Below are positions 29,867-39,841 of a stretch of DNA of 64,000 bases, piece by piece. Every line of letters begins with the position of its first letter. Position 1 is the first letter of the stretch. Origin of the DNA: an uncultured Gemmatimonadaceae bacterium. GTDB taxonomy: Bacteria; Gemmatimonadota; Gemmatimonadetes; Gemmatimonadales; Gemmatimonadaceae. The stretch lies in the NCBI GenBank assembly GCA_963740355.1, contig CAVUDW010000003.1, positions 992,001 through 1,056,000 on the forward strand, in the 5' to 3' direction. The translations under genes and the position numbers were made by a program. The notes beneath the pieces are model-generated. The model did no database searches. It was given only the letters and a program-made list of their open reading frames with translations, and was not told the DNA's origin.

Positions 29867-31228
29867 CTAGCGAATGCGGGCGACTTCGAGGCGAGCGCCC
29901 TTGTCGTCACGCACACCCATGTACACGACGCCAGGGCCGAATCCGGCGATCACACGACCAAATGGGAATGCAACACGATCGATGAGCGCGCCGCTGCGAT
30001 TCACGACGTCGTACACCGGGCCACCGTTGGCGACCTTGCTGGTGCGAATCCAGAGGTTGCCATCGAGGTCGGCGCGTGTGGCACCGGTGCCGAACGCAGG
30101 ACGATAGTCGGGAAGCTCACTGGCCGGGATCATGTTGATCGACGGCATCTGCATCTGCGTCGGCGGACCACCGCTCGGCGCGGGGCCACTGCCTGCTGGG
30201 CCGGCCGCTTCGAAGCGCATCACCATGCCACCGCCCATCGCACCGCCCCCGCCACCGGCTGCAGGCGCTGGGCCGCCAGCGACGACGACGTTGCCACCAC
30301 CGCCACCAGCCATCATTCGGGCGCGGTTCGCTTCCATCGCCGTCTTCGCCGAGTCGAGGAAGGTCGCCTTCGCGTCGTCGGACATGCGCTCCCACTCGAA
30401 CGGAATCTTCGCCGTGCTGGTGCGCGAACCGTCCGGCGCCAGCCAGTCGATGTGATAGTCGGCACCGCGCACGACAGCGAGTGTGCCATCAGGCAGCAAC
30501 GTCCAGTCATCCACGATCGGCATCGGATTCATCACCATCTGCACCGACACCTGGCCGCGATCATTCTGCGAGACATTCGCCCGCGTCTTCGGAATCTTGA
30601 AGAACGAGGCCGTGTCGAGTGCGCGCGTGGCCAGGGCAACACGAAGGATCGGCGCGGAATCCGGCTGTTCGGGAACACGGAAACCCGTGGTGCGCTCGGC
30701 GCCCGGCGGCGGCAGGTTGGGGCGCGTGAAGCCGCGATACACGATTCGGCCCTTGCTGTCGAAGCCCGGCGTGCCGAACGGACCGCCGATCATGAACTGC
30801 GCATCATCGGGACGCGGGATCGCCATCACCTTCACCACCTTGCCTGCACCATCCAGGACCAGCATCGAGAGCGAGCCCGGATCGACGAAGAGCGACGAAT
30901 CACCACGGTACGGGATCAAGCCACCCGGCCGCGCCCCATACGCGTTCGCCGTGGCAGCCGTCGTATCGGCAACGACCGCTTCGCGCGCAAAGGTCGAATC
31001 GAGCAGCACCAGTTGTCGGCGCACGAGATCATTCACGAGCACCCGACCGCCAGGCAGTGGGCGCACCGAAGAGACGCTTCCCAGCTGATCCGTCGGCGAC
31101 ACACGTGTCACGGGCCCCAACGCACGCACCGGCGGCAGGGCCTGGGCAGATGCGACGGCCGACACCAGCACCGTCGTCGCCAGCGTGGCGGAAAAGAGAT
31201 TGGTCAAGCGAATGAATCGAACGGTCAT
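29867..31228 (-). CDS. Exported hypothetical protein, probable beta-propeller with Gly/Met-rich insertion
   Basis: Signal peptide (ASA-Q) and beta-rich repeats such as LPGGRVLVND and DLDGNLWIR. Follows the TonB-like gene. Confidence 0.6.
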   Translation of the reverse strand: MTVRFIRLTNLFSATLATTVLVSAVASAQALPPVRALGPVTRVSPTDQLGSVSSVRPLPGGRVLVNDLVRRQLVLLDSTFAREAVVADTTAATANAYGARPGGLIPYRGDSSLFVDPGSLSMLVLDGAGKVVKVMAIPRPDDAQFMIGGPFGTPGFDSKGRIVYRGFTRPNLPPPGAERTTGFRVPEQPDSAPILRVALATRALDTASFFKIPKTRANVSQNDRGQVSVQMVMNPMPIVDDWTLLPDGTLAVVRGADYHIDWLAPDGSRTSTAKIPFEWERMSDDAKATFLDSAKTAMEANRARMMAGGGGGNVVVAGGPAPAAGGGGGAMGGGMVMRFEAAGPAGSGPAPSGGPPTQMQMPSINMIPASELPDYRPAFGTGATRADLDGNLWIRTSKVANGGPVYDVVNRSGALIDRVAFPFGRVIAGFGPGVVYMGVRDDKGARLEVARIR

Positions 31229-31285
31229 GACGGCACCGAGTTGGGGATGTGTCTCGCGCGAAAACATGCTATCGATTGCCATGGG

Positions 31286-34200
31286 TCATCGGATGATGAT
31301 GGTCTGACCACCACCGCCCTGCGGGATGTTCATGCCGCCCGAGAGGAAACCACCGAAGTCACCACCACCCATGGTACCCGAGCGAATCGACGACAGGTAC
31401 CGCGGATCGAGATGGCTGGCGACGATCGCCGGCAATTTCCGGCGCTGATCCGGGGTGAGCAGGTTCCGGATCGACGGCGCGATCGACTTCAGCAAGTCGA
31501 TCGAGGCTTCACGCGCCTTCTTGTAGCGGCCATAAGCGATGTCCTGATCGTAGCGATCATCGAGTTTCGCGAACTCCTTCACCACCGGGCCCCAGATCTG
31601 GCTTTGGCGAATGGTGAAAAGTCGATTGAGCGTTGCAATGCTGTCGGCCTGCGGTCCGGTGAGCTGGAGCGAGTCGGACTGCCGAAGAATCTGCGCCATC
31701 GGATTGATGGTGACACTGCCTGTGCCATACATCGCATTCAGTTGCGGCTCCGGCACCTTCTGTCCCGGTGTGCGGCGGCCGCGATCGAGCTGCTGCGTCA
31801 GGACCTGTCGCTCACGTGACGCACCGAGGTCGAAGCGCAGCAAGGCGGTCACCGTCACCGGCGCACGGAACGACGTGAACGCCGGTCGCGTGGCGCCGAA
31901 GCGCTGGTTCACTTCATACCGATATCGCTGTGTGGCCGGATCGAAGCCACGCGCATAGAGCAGCGTTGCGTCAGGCTGCGCCGGCTGCCCCCAACCGCGA
32001 AGGTTGTTCGAGCCATGCAGCAGCAGGTCGGCGGCGCCGAGCGGGTTGTTGACCTGGAACGACAGCGTGGCGCGCTGCGGCAGGCGCAACTTGAGCGGAT
32101 TGAACGAGACGCTGAGGAACGCATTCTGCGTCCACGCACCCTTACAGCTGTTGCGACCGGCCAAAGTACCCAGTTGGCGCTCGAGGCACTCGCGCGCATC
32201 GCTGCCAGCGCTCGCCAGCAGACTGCTGATTCCTGCGGCCGTGGCCGCATCCGCAGAGGTTGCCGGGTTCACGATGAACGCACGATCGTTACTCAGGCCA
32301 TCACCATTCACGTCTCCACCGATCAGCGGGGTGTACGGATTGCCCGATCGGATGCTGCCGAACCAGCTGAGGCGAATGGCGTCGAAGAAGTTGTAGCCAA
32401 GTGTGTACTGGAACTGGTGGCGTGAGTCGAACGAGGAGCGTGACCATTCGATGTCACGCGGATCGCCGACGGTGCTCTGGAAGCCGCGGTACTGCTCGCG
32501 CACGTTGCCGTACACGTAGTTCAGGCTCCACTGCACCTTCGAGCTGAAGTTCGCCGGCGAGATGCGAACGCTGACCTGCCGCGACTCGCTGAGCAGGTCG
32601 GATTGATTGGCGTTGACGACGTTGAAGAGCGGCGAGAAACGCGAGTCACGTGGCGCCGCGGCCCCAGTGACCGGGTCGATGCTGGCAACCGGGACGAACA
32701 CGGGACGGCCACCCTCATCGGCCAGCGTGAAGCGCGGTGTCCCGGCGAAGTTCAGGTCCACGGTGCCCGGCTGGTTCATGTTGCGTGAGTAGGTCACATC
32801 CACACTCGCGCTGAACCGATTGCGGAGGATCGGTCCGTTCCACTGCAGGTTCGACCGCAGGCTGCGTGTGGCAGCCCAGTCGTTCGGGAAGAGGGTCACG
32901 TTCGGCGCGCCATTGGCGAAGGGCGACGTGACGCTGCCATCGGCACACACCACTGGAATCGTGGCGGAATTGGTGAGCCAGTTGCTCCACTGTGGCACCG
33001 GGGCGGCGGTTCCGAAGCAGCCGAGTTGTTGGACGGCGCCGGCAAGCCCGGTGTTGTTCAGCGCGCCGCCAAGCAACGTGGACTGCGGCGTGTTCTGGAA
33101 GACACCAACACCGCCGCGAATGACGGCGCGCGGCCCACGCACCGCACCTTCGAATCCACCGACCTGCGGCGCAGTGCCGACGGTCCAGGAAAAGCCGACT
33201 CGCGGACTGACATAGATCCGATTCGGCACATTCGAGTTGCGCACACCGAAGATCCGCTCCACCTCTGGATTCTCCTCGGGGCCACCACCAAAGCGGTTGG
33301 CGTCCACTCGCACGCCGTACTGAATCTGCAGGTCGCGGCTCTTCCGCCAGGCATCGCCGAGCGACACAGCCGCGATGTACTGGCTGCCCTTGAGCTCGCG
33401 CGGCAGGAGCTGCCTCGTGTACGACACCGCGCGACCAGCTTCGAGATCGGCCAGTGAGTTGAACGTGAACGAGCCGAGTCGGTTGGTGGTCTGATCGATC
33501 GTGAACCCATCACGACGCAATTCGCTGGTGAGCTTGATGCGATGTTTGCTGTCGCGCGAAAACAGCGAGAGGGTATTGAGGAAGCCGGCGCTGAAATTGT
33601 CCTGCGACGTGCCAAGGAATGGGTTGCCGCCAACCTGCAGCACGCGCAGCCCATTGGTGCCATCTTCCAGCGGCGAGTTCACACGGACCGAGGCGCTCGG
33701 CAGGTCGAAGAATGCGGAGCCGGAATTTTGCGAGAGGCTGAGATTGAGGTTCGTCTCGGTCAGGATACCGCTGCTGAAGTACGCCGAGTGCCGCCCCGAG
33801 ACGCCGAGATTCAGGTTGGTGCGTTCGCCACTGTGTGCTGGCAGTTCGCTGACAGAGCCGGACGCAGGCGAGGTGCGGTTCCAGAATCCATTGGCAGCGA
33901 GAGTGAACGCCTGCCCGGTGCGCGATCCCGGCGGAGCGATGTTGATGGTGCCGAAGACACTTCCCTGGTCACCGTATCGATTCTGCGGATTGGACGCCGT
34001 CGTGGCAGGGATCCCGAGCGACTGCAGAATGCCGATCAGTCGCGCGGCCGAGTCAGGCGCGATCCCGCTGGTCAGCAATCCGGTGTTGTCGGTGTTGAGC
34101 AGCGTGCGGAGGTCGTTGCTGCGCCGGCCGAGCTGATAGGAGAAATTGTAGAAGGCCTTGTCGGGAATGATCGGACCAGCGACCAGTCCACCAAGTGACG

Positions 34201-35017
34201 TGTTGCTGAACTCCTGCCCAAGCGAACGCGCGGCGGCGTCGCTGAACTGCAGCAGTGGCGAGTCGAGATTCAGGCTCATCGTGCGCGATCGGAAGTTCGA
34301 GCCGCTAGGCGTGCGCAGCTGGAACTGGGCGCCACTGAATCCACCGCGCGAGACGTCGTAGGGCGAGGTCACCAGGGAACTCGACACGCCAGCATCCCGC
34401 GGCAGGTTGGAGCCGCCGAAATTTTGCCCGTTGAGCGTCGTGTTGTTCTGGTCGGGTGTGAGGCCCAGCACCGAGAATCCCGACGGATCACCATTCGCGC
34501 CCGGCACCGTCTGTACGCCTGGTAGTGACGCCGCCATCGCGGCAAGGTCGCCTGCCTGCCCTGCGGCCACGTTGCCGGCGTTGACGGCGCGCTCGCTGCC
34601 ACCGATGTCCGGCGTGCGATCATCGCGTGTGGTGCGAGGCCGATCACCAACCACCCGGACCTCGTCGAGCTGCGTCACCGCACGCGACAGACGCGAGTCG
34701 GCCAGCAGCACTTCCTGATCGGCGGTGCGCTTCACCTCGAAGCGCCGCGGCGAGAAGCCGATCGCCGTCACCGTGACGAAGTAGTCACCGTCTCCACCAG
34801 GGAAGGTGATCGTGAAGCGGCCCTTGGTGTCGGTGCGGGCATTGCGATTGACGTTGCCCGAAAGCGAGGTCGCGGTGACGCGCGCACCGGCGATCGGCAG
34901 CGAGTCGGGCCCGGTGATGACACCCCGGATGACATCGAGTTGCTGCGCCTGAAGTGGCGCAGCGACCAGCAGCGCAGCCAGGGTCAGGAGATACCCTGCG
35001 AGACGTCGAAGACTCAC
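31286..35017 (-). CDS. TonB-dependent receptor-like outer-membrane protein with N-terminal carboxypeptidase-regulatory-like domain (Oar-like)
   Basis: Signal peptide, IRGVITGPDSLPIAGARV..TDTKGRF, plug-like YDVSRGGFSG, barrel strands (VSPRVGFSW) and GDVNGDG. Start GTG 35017 is inferred. Confidence 0.78.
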   Translation of the reverse strand: MSLRRLAGYLLTLAALLVAAPLQAQQLDVIRGVITGPDSLPIAGARVTATSLSGNVNRNARTDTKGRFTITFPGGDGDYFVTVTAIGFSPRRFEVKRTADQEVLLADSRLSRAVTQLDEVRVVGDRPRTTRDDRTPDIGGSERAVNAGNVAAGQAGDLAAMAASLPGVQTVPGANGDPSGFSVLGLTPDQNNTTLNGQNFGGSNLPRDAGVSSSLVTSPYDVSRGGFSGAQFQLRTPSGSNFRSRTMSLNLDSPLLQFSDAAARSLGQEFSNTSLGGLVAGPIIPDKAFYNFSYQLGRRSNDLRTLLNTDNTGLLTSGIAPDSAARLIGILQSLGIPATTASNPQNRYGDQGSVFGTINIAPPGSRTGQAFTLAANGFWNRTSPASGSVSELPAHSGERTNLNLGVSGRHSAYFSSGILTETNLNLSLSQNSGSAFFDLPSASVRVNSPLEDGTNGLRVLQVGGNPFLGTSQDNFSAGFLNTLSLFSRDSKHRIKLTSELRRDGFTIDQTTNRLGSFTFNSLADLEAGRAVSYTRQLLPRELKGSQYIAAVSLGDAWRKSRDLQIQYGVRVDANRFGGGPEENPEVERIFGVRNSNVPNRIYVSPRVGFSWTVGTAPQVGGFEGAVRGPRAVIRGGVGVFQNTPQSTLLGGALNNTGLAGAVQQLGCFGTAAPVPQWSNWLTNSATIPVVCADGSVTSPFANGAPNVTLFPNDWAATRSLRSNLQWNGPILRNRFSASVDVTYSRNMNQPGTVDLNFAGTPRFTLADEGGRPVFVPVASIDPVTGAAAPRDSRFSPLFNVVNANQSDLLSESRQVSVRISPANFSSKVQWSLNYVYGNVREQYRGFQSTVGDPRDIEWSRSSFDSRHQFQYTLGYNFFDAIRLSWFGSIRSGNPYTPLIGGDVNGDGLSNDRAFIVNPATSADAATAAGISSLLASAGSDARECLERQLGTLAGRNSCKGAWTQNAFLSVSFNPLKLRLPQRATLSFQVNNPLGAADLLLHGSNNLRGWGQPAQPDATLLYARGFDPATQRYRYEVNQRFGATRPAFTSFRAPVTVTALLRFDLGASRERQVLTQQLDRGRRTPGQKVPEPQLNAMYGTGSVTINPMAQILRQSDSLQLTGPQADSIATLNRLFTIRQSQIWGPVVKEFAKLDDRYDQDIAYGRYKKAREASIDLLKSIAPSIRNLLTPDQRRKLPAIVASHLDPRYLSSIRSGTMGGGDFGGFLSGGMNIPQGGGGQTIIIR

Positions 35018-35360
35018 GATGATCGGGCGACGGGATGGATGCCAGAACGGACTGGGGGAGCCGCAAACAGACTTCAGACGCCGGCGCGCATCGAACGGTT
35101 GCCACGAGCGGCGGGAGGCGGTGACGCGGGAAACCAAGCGCCTGCGCCAACGCCGAAGCAACGCTGCGGCGGCGCGGGACGACCGGCCTCACGAGTTCCT
35201 CATCCTGACGTCATGCAACGCAAACGCGCCCGTACCTGCAGAAGCAGACACGGGCGCGCGGGAAATCAGTCCATCACCGCCAAAAGGTCAGGCGGTCCGG
35301 TCCGCGCGCAGGGTGGTACGCGCGAACCGTCGTTCAGGATCCAACCGTTTCCAATTCAGC

Positions 35361-36233
35361 TCAGTTCTTGACCGTCAGGGCGCTGCCCAGGGTCACAGTC
35401 AGCGGCGAACCTTCCGGGAGGCAGGCGAGACGATCACCCGTCACCGCGGCGGCCACGGCACCGGCGGCGCCACCCGCGGCGGCACCGACCACCGTACGCT
35501 GGGCACGGCTGCCACCACCGATGATGTTACCGATCACGGCGCCAGCGGCGGCACCAATCGCCACCTTCTTGCCGTCGCCTCCCTTCCGCTCCGTCACGAC
35601 CGCATCGGTCGAGACGCTGCCCGACATCGTGTACGTCTCACCACCGAACGTCACGCTGCGGACGTCGAACGTCAGCTTGGCGTCGTCGCCCTGGCGGCTG
35701 GACGTCTTGGATTCGGTCACGACCAGGCCCACACGAGCGCCGGCCGGGATCGACACGCCATTCGAACCGCTGACCAGGGAATTGGTGGTCGCAGTCACGC
35801 GGTCACCGACGGCGAGCGAATTGGAACAGACCTTTTCGCCGCTCGAGACGCGGATCGTGGTGCCAGAAGCGACCGTGCCGCTGCTGACCGATGGGCCGGC
35901 TGGAGCTGGTGCGGGCGAATTCGACGCGGAATTGCCCGACGACGACGGACGCGGCGTGGACGGCTTCGGGCGGGGCGTGGTGGCCTTGGCGGGCACGGCC
36001 GGCACGGGCTGACGACCTGCGACCGGCGGTTCCTGCGCGGCTGGGGCGGTGCTCGGCACGACTTCGATGCTCGTCGCCGAATCGGCAATCGCGGCACGCG
36101 AGGCCGAATCGGTGGTCACCACGACGGGCGAGACTTCTTCTGACTTGTTCTTGTCACCGCATGCGCTCATGAGCAGCATCGCGACAGCAGCCAGCGGGAG
36201 GATCGAGCGGGGCATAAGTTCAGTGGATCGCAT
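35361..36233 (-). CDS. Lipoprotein with Pro/Ser-rich linker and glycine-zipper C-terminal domain
   Basis: Lipobox LMSAC and GAAAGAVIGNIIGG..GAAAGGAAGA. AGGAG RBS. Confidence 0.7.
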   Translation of the reverse strand: MRSTELMPRSILPLAAVAMLLMSACGDKNKSEEVSPVVVTTDSASRAAIADSATSIEVVPSTAPAAQEPPVAGRQPVPAVPAKATTPRPKPSTPRPSSSGNSASNSPAPAPAGPSVSSGTVASGTTIRVSSGEKVCSNSLAVGDRVTATTNSLVSGSNGVSIPAGARVGLVVTESKTSSRQGDDAKLTFDVRSVTFGGETYTMSGSVSTDAVVTERKGGDGKKVAIGAAAGAVIGNIIGGGSRAQRTVVGAAAGGAAGAVAAAVTGDRLACLPEGSPLTVTLGSALTVKN

Positions 36234-36304
36234 GTGTATTCTCCTAGTGCAGATGGTCACGCCACGACGTCTGTGTACCCGTCGTTGAAGCGCTTACCAA
36301 CCTG

Positions 36305-38092
36305 ATGAGCAAGCCTCGTACCAGCAGTCTGCACGCCTTGCGCGCACTTGTGCCATTCGTGCAGAAATATCAGGGCCGAGTGGCGCTCGGTCTTGGCGCC
36401 GTGATCGGGTCGAGTGCCATCGCCAGTGCCATTCCCTGGCTGTTACGCCGCGCCGTGGACGACCTCAAGGCGGCCGCCCCACCTCGCGACCTGTGGCTGC
36501 TGGCAGCCGCCATGGTCGGAATCACGCTCGTGACCGGCGTGCTCCGCTTCCAGATGCGGAACATCCTCAACGCCGTCAGTCGCTACGTGGAATACGACCT
36601 GCGGAACGCAATGTTCCGCCATCTGCTCACGCTCGACGCTGGTTTCTTCGGCCGGAACCGCACGGGCGACCTGATGGCGCGCCTGACCAACGACCTCTCC
36701 GCGGTCAGAATGGTCGCCGGGCCGGCCATCATGTACCTGGTCAACACGATCGCGGGGGGCATCTTCGCCCTCATCTTCATGCTCCGCATCAGCCCGCAAC
36801 TGACGGGGATCGCGGTGTTGCCGATGGTGCTGCTCCCGATCGTGATGGCGGTGCTGGGCTCACTGATCCACAAACGTTTCGAGGCGGTGCAGGAACACTT
36901 CGGCGTGATGACGACCCACGCACAGGAGAACATCAGCGGTGCGCGCATCGTCCGCGCCTTCCGGCAGGAGGCGGCCGAGGAGAAGTATTTTGCGGCGCTG
37001 AACGACGAATACCTGCGTCGCAACATGGGCCTCGCGAAGCTCTATGGGCTGATGTCTCCCGGACTGCAGTTGCTGGCCGGACTGGGTGCGGTGGCCGTCC
37101 TCGGGCTCGGTGGGGCGGCGACGCTCCGCAACGAGATCTCGGTCGGCGACTTCGTGGCGTTCGGCCTCTACCTCGCGATGCTGACCTGGCCGCTGATTGC
37201 ACTCGGCTGGGTGATCAACCTGTTCCAGCGCGGCGCGGCAAGCATGAACCGCATCAACGATGTGCTGCACGCGACTGCGTCGGTGGTGTCACCATTGCAC
37301 CCGGCGACCTTGCCGGCGCACACGAACCGCGGGCGCACGATCGAGTTTCGTGACATCGGCTACCACTATCCGGTCGCCGACGGCAATGCACCACGCTGGG
37401 TGCTCCGTCACATCTCGTTCACCGTGCCCGCTGGCGCGACTGTCGGCATCGTCGGGGCGACAGGAAGTGGCAAGAGCGCGCTGATGGATCTGGTGCCGCG
37501 CTTCTGGAATGCGCAGGAAGGGCAGATCCTGATCGACGGCGTGCCGATCGAGACGCTGTCCCTCGAAGCGCTTCGCTCGTGCATCGGCTACGTCCCACAG
37601 GAAACAGTGTTGTTCAGCGACACGATCCTGTCGAACCTGACGTACGGCGGCAATGATGAGGTGGCAGCGCGTGAGGCGGCGGCAGTGGCGCAACTCGACA
37701 AGGCAATCGTCGACCTGCCCGATGGCTATGACACGATCCTCGGCGAACGAGGCATCAATCTCAGTGGCGGCCAGAAGCAACGCGCAGCGATCGCGCGTGC
37801 CCTCGCGCGCGACCCACAGATCGTGCTGCTCGACGATGCCTTGAGCGCGGTCGACACCGGCACCGAAGCCGCCATTTTGCAGGGGTTGCGTGAGGAGTTG
37901 ACGGGTCGCACGGCGTTGATCACGTCACACCGCGTGAGCGCAGTACGCGACGCCTCGTGGATCGTGGTGCTGGATGATGGACGCATCGTGGAACAGGGCA
38001 CGCATGACACGCTGGTGGAGTCGCGCGGCCGCTACTGGCAGTTGCTGCGGCGCCAGCAGGTGAGCGATGAACTGGACGCCGTGACGGTCTGA
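36305..38092 (+). CDS. ABC exporter, fused permease/ATPase (MdlA-like)
   Basis: TM domain, Walker A GATGSGKS, signature LSGGQKQR and Walker B LLDD (non-canonical Asp). Confidence 0.92.
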   Translation: MSKPRTSSLHALRALVPFVQKYQGRVALGLGAVIGSSAIASAIPWLLRRAVDDLKAAAPPRDLWLLAAAMVGITLVTGVLRFQMRNILNAVSRYVEYDLRNAMFRHLLTLDAGFFGRNRTGDLMARLTNDLSAVRMVAGPAIMYLVNTIAGGIFALIFMLRISPQLTGIAVLPMVLLPIVMAVLGSLIHKRFEAVQEHFGVMTTHAQENISGARIVRAFRQEAAEEKYFAALNDEYLRRNMGLAKLYGLMSPGLQLLAGLGAVAVLGLGGAATLRNEISVGDFVAFGLYLAMLTWPLIALGWVINLFQRGAASMNRINDVLHATASVVSPLHPATLPAHTNRGRTIEFRDIGYHYPVADGNAPRWVLRHISFTVPAGATVGIVGATGSGKSALMDLVPRFWNAQEGQILIDGVPIETLSLEALRSCIGYVPQETVLFSDTILSNLTYGGNDEVAAREAAAVAQLDKAIVDLPDGYDTILGERGINLSGGQKQRAAIARALARDPQIVLLDDALSAVDTGTEAAILQGLREELTGRTALITSHRVSAVRDASWIVVLDDGRIVEQGTHDTLVESRGRYWQLLRRQQVSDELDAVTV

Positions 38093-38209
38093 GGCGGCAC
38101 CCGCCCCTGTCCATGTCCGAGTGGAGAGAACGGCGGTCGGTTCACAGCCGGTGACGCGCTGGTTGCGGGAGTGCCGGCACCGCAATGTCACGAGCGCAGA
38201 GCCTTTCGA

Positions 38210-38938
38210 TCAGATCCTGCTACGCAAGAACTCCGGCGTCCACTCGGTCAACCAGCCGGCCATGGTCGTGAATGCGCCGGTCAACATCAGGACGCCGACG
38301 AGGACCAGCAAGGCGCCCGCGATGTGGTTGATGCGTCCCATGTGACGGCGGAATGACTGGAACCAGTCGAGGAACCGGTCGACCATCAGTGCTGACACAA
38401 GGAACGGCACCCCGAGCCCGAGCGAATAGCAGGTGAGCAGGATCAGCCCGCGCTGCAAGTCAGCCACCGACGACGTGTAGGCGAGGATTCCACCAAGCAC
38501 CGGTCCGAGACAGGGCGTCCATCCCGCGCCGAATGCAACGCCGACGAGCAACGTGCCGAGGTAGCCAAGCGGCTTGTCGGCGAAGTGCACGCGCCGTTCG
38601 CGATCGAGCGCGCCGATCCGCAGCAAGCCCGCGAGGTACAAGCCGAACACGATCAACATCACGCCGCCGACTCGCGTGATCCAGACGCGCTGCGAAAACA
38701 GCAACCGTCCCACCACCGTCGCGGTCGCGCCGAGCGCGAGAAAGATCAGCGTGAAACCGAGCACGAACAGCAAGCCGTGGATCAGCGCCGTGCGCCGTGA
38801 GCGACCGACATCGTCGAGCCCGAGGCCCGTGATGAAGGTGATGTAGCTCGGGATCAGCGGCAGCACACACGGCGACAGAAAACTCAGCAACCCGGCCGAG
38901 AATGCGAGCGCGAATGAGATCGTGGTGCCGGGTTCCAT
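38210..38938 (-). CDS. ccdA: Cytochrome c biogenesis protein CcdA
   Basis: Motifs AGLLSFLSPCVLPLIP and GWTPCLGP. Confidence 0.92.
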   Translation of the reverse strand: MEPGTTISFALAFSAGLLSFLSPCVLPLIPSYITFITGLGLDDVGRSRRTALIHGLLFVLGFTLIFLALGATATVVGRLLFSQRVWITRVGGVMLIVFGLYLAGLLRIGALDRERRVHFADKPLGYLGTLLVGVAFGAGWTPCLGPVLGGILAYTSSVADLQRGLILLTCYSLGLGVPFLVSALMVDRFLDWFQSFRRHMGRINHIAGALLVLVGVLMLTGAFTTMAGWLTEWTPEFLRSRI

Positions 38939-38990
38939 TGCTGTAAGCTAGCGCGCGTCACGGCAGCCTTCGTTCGCAGCGCAGTTATCC

Positions 38991-39086
38991 GGCGTCGTGC
39001 CGGCGCGTCGGTCGACACGATCGAACTGCGGGCGTCGTGCCGGCGCGTCGGTCGACACGATCGAACTGCGGGCGCCGTACCGGCGC
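38991..39086 (+). repeat. 40-bp tandem direct repeat (2 exact copies plus a partial third)
   Basis: GGCGTCGTGCCGGCGCGTCGGTCGACACGATCGAACTGCG at 38991 and 39031, then a degenerate GGCGCCGTACCGGCGC at 39071. Confidence 0.9.
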
Positions 39087-39105
39087 AACGGTCCACACTG
39101 TTAAA

Positions 39106-39286
39106 CACGCGGAGCCGCGGGGGACGCGGAGCCGCGGAGAACTGCAACTGCGAAGGGAATTGCAACGTCCCGCAACTTCGGCGCGGTGTTACGGCAGCCA
39201 CCTAGAGCCGCGCACAAAAGATCTGCGATGCGCACTGGATCCCTCGCTGTTTCTCCGCGGCTCCGCGTCCCCCGCGGCTCCGCGTG
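39106..39286. repeat. REPIN/MITE-like element: perfect 36-bp inverted repeats with 109-bp spacer
   Basis: CACGCGGAGCCGCGGGGGACGCGGAGCCGCGGAGAA (39106-39141) and its exact reverse complement (39251-39286). Confidence 0.85.
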
Positions 39287-39370
39287 AGGGAGTGTAGACC
39301 AAGCGGCGCGGCACGCGCGTGAACGAACTGCTGAAGGAGCTCGCGATTTGGCGGCGCGACGAAACGCAGC

Positions 39371-39826
39371 CTAGCGCCGCGGACCGCCGCTGCGTTGGCA
39401 ATCGGCGCAGACGCCGTAGATCACGAGCCGGTGCCGCTGCCGGCTGTAGCCGTGGGACTCGGCGATCAGCGTGGTCATGCGCTCGAGGCGCTCGTCGCGG
39501 AATTCGTCGACGCGACCACAGATCGTGCACAACATGTGCTCGTGGTGCGGGATGCCGCGGGACGGTTCGAAACGGCGGAAGCCTTCGCCAAAATCGCGCT
39601 CGACCACCAGCCCACTCTTCACGAGGAGGTCGAGTGTGCGATAGATCGTCGCGGTGCCCGCGTTCTCGCCCTGGGACGAGATGTCGGCGGCAACATCCTC
39701 AACCGACAGGTGTCGGTCGGAGGCGAAGACCACGCCTGCGATGGCAAGACGCTGCTGCGTGACCGGCAGGTTGTGCTGCCGCAGGTACGTGCGAAACTGT
39801 TCCAGGTCGTTGCGCACTTCCGTCAT
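39371..39826 (-). CDS. fur: Fur-family metal-responsive regulator
   Basis: Motifs TQQRLAI, HLSVED, ATIYRTL, HHEHMLCTICG and YGVCADC. Confidence 0.88.
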   Translation of the reverse strand: MTEVRNDLEQFRTYLRQHNLPVTQQRLAIAGVVFASDRHLSVEDVAADISSQGENAGTATIYRTLDLLVKSGLVVERDFGEGFRRFEPSRGIPHHEHMLCTICGRVDEFRDERLERMTTLIAESHGYSRQRHRLVIYGVCADCQRSGGPRR

Positions 39827-39841
39827 GCCATCACTCGTGAC

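Noticed and set aside
38991..39086. Possible CRISPR array
   Set aside because: The repeats are directly adjacent with no spacers, there are only two full copies, and there are no cas genes in the window.
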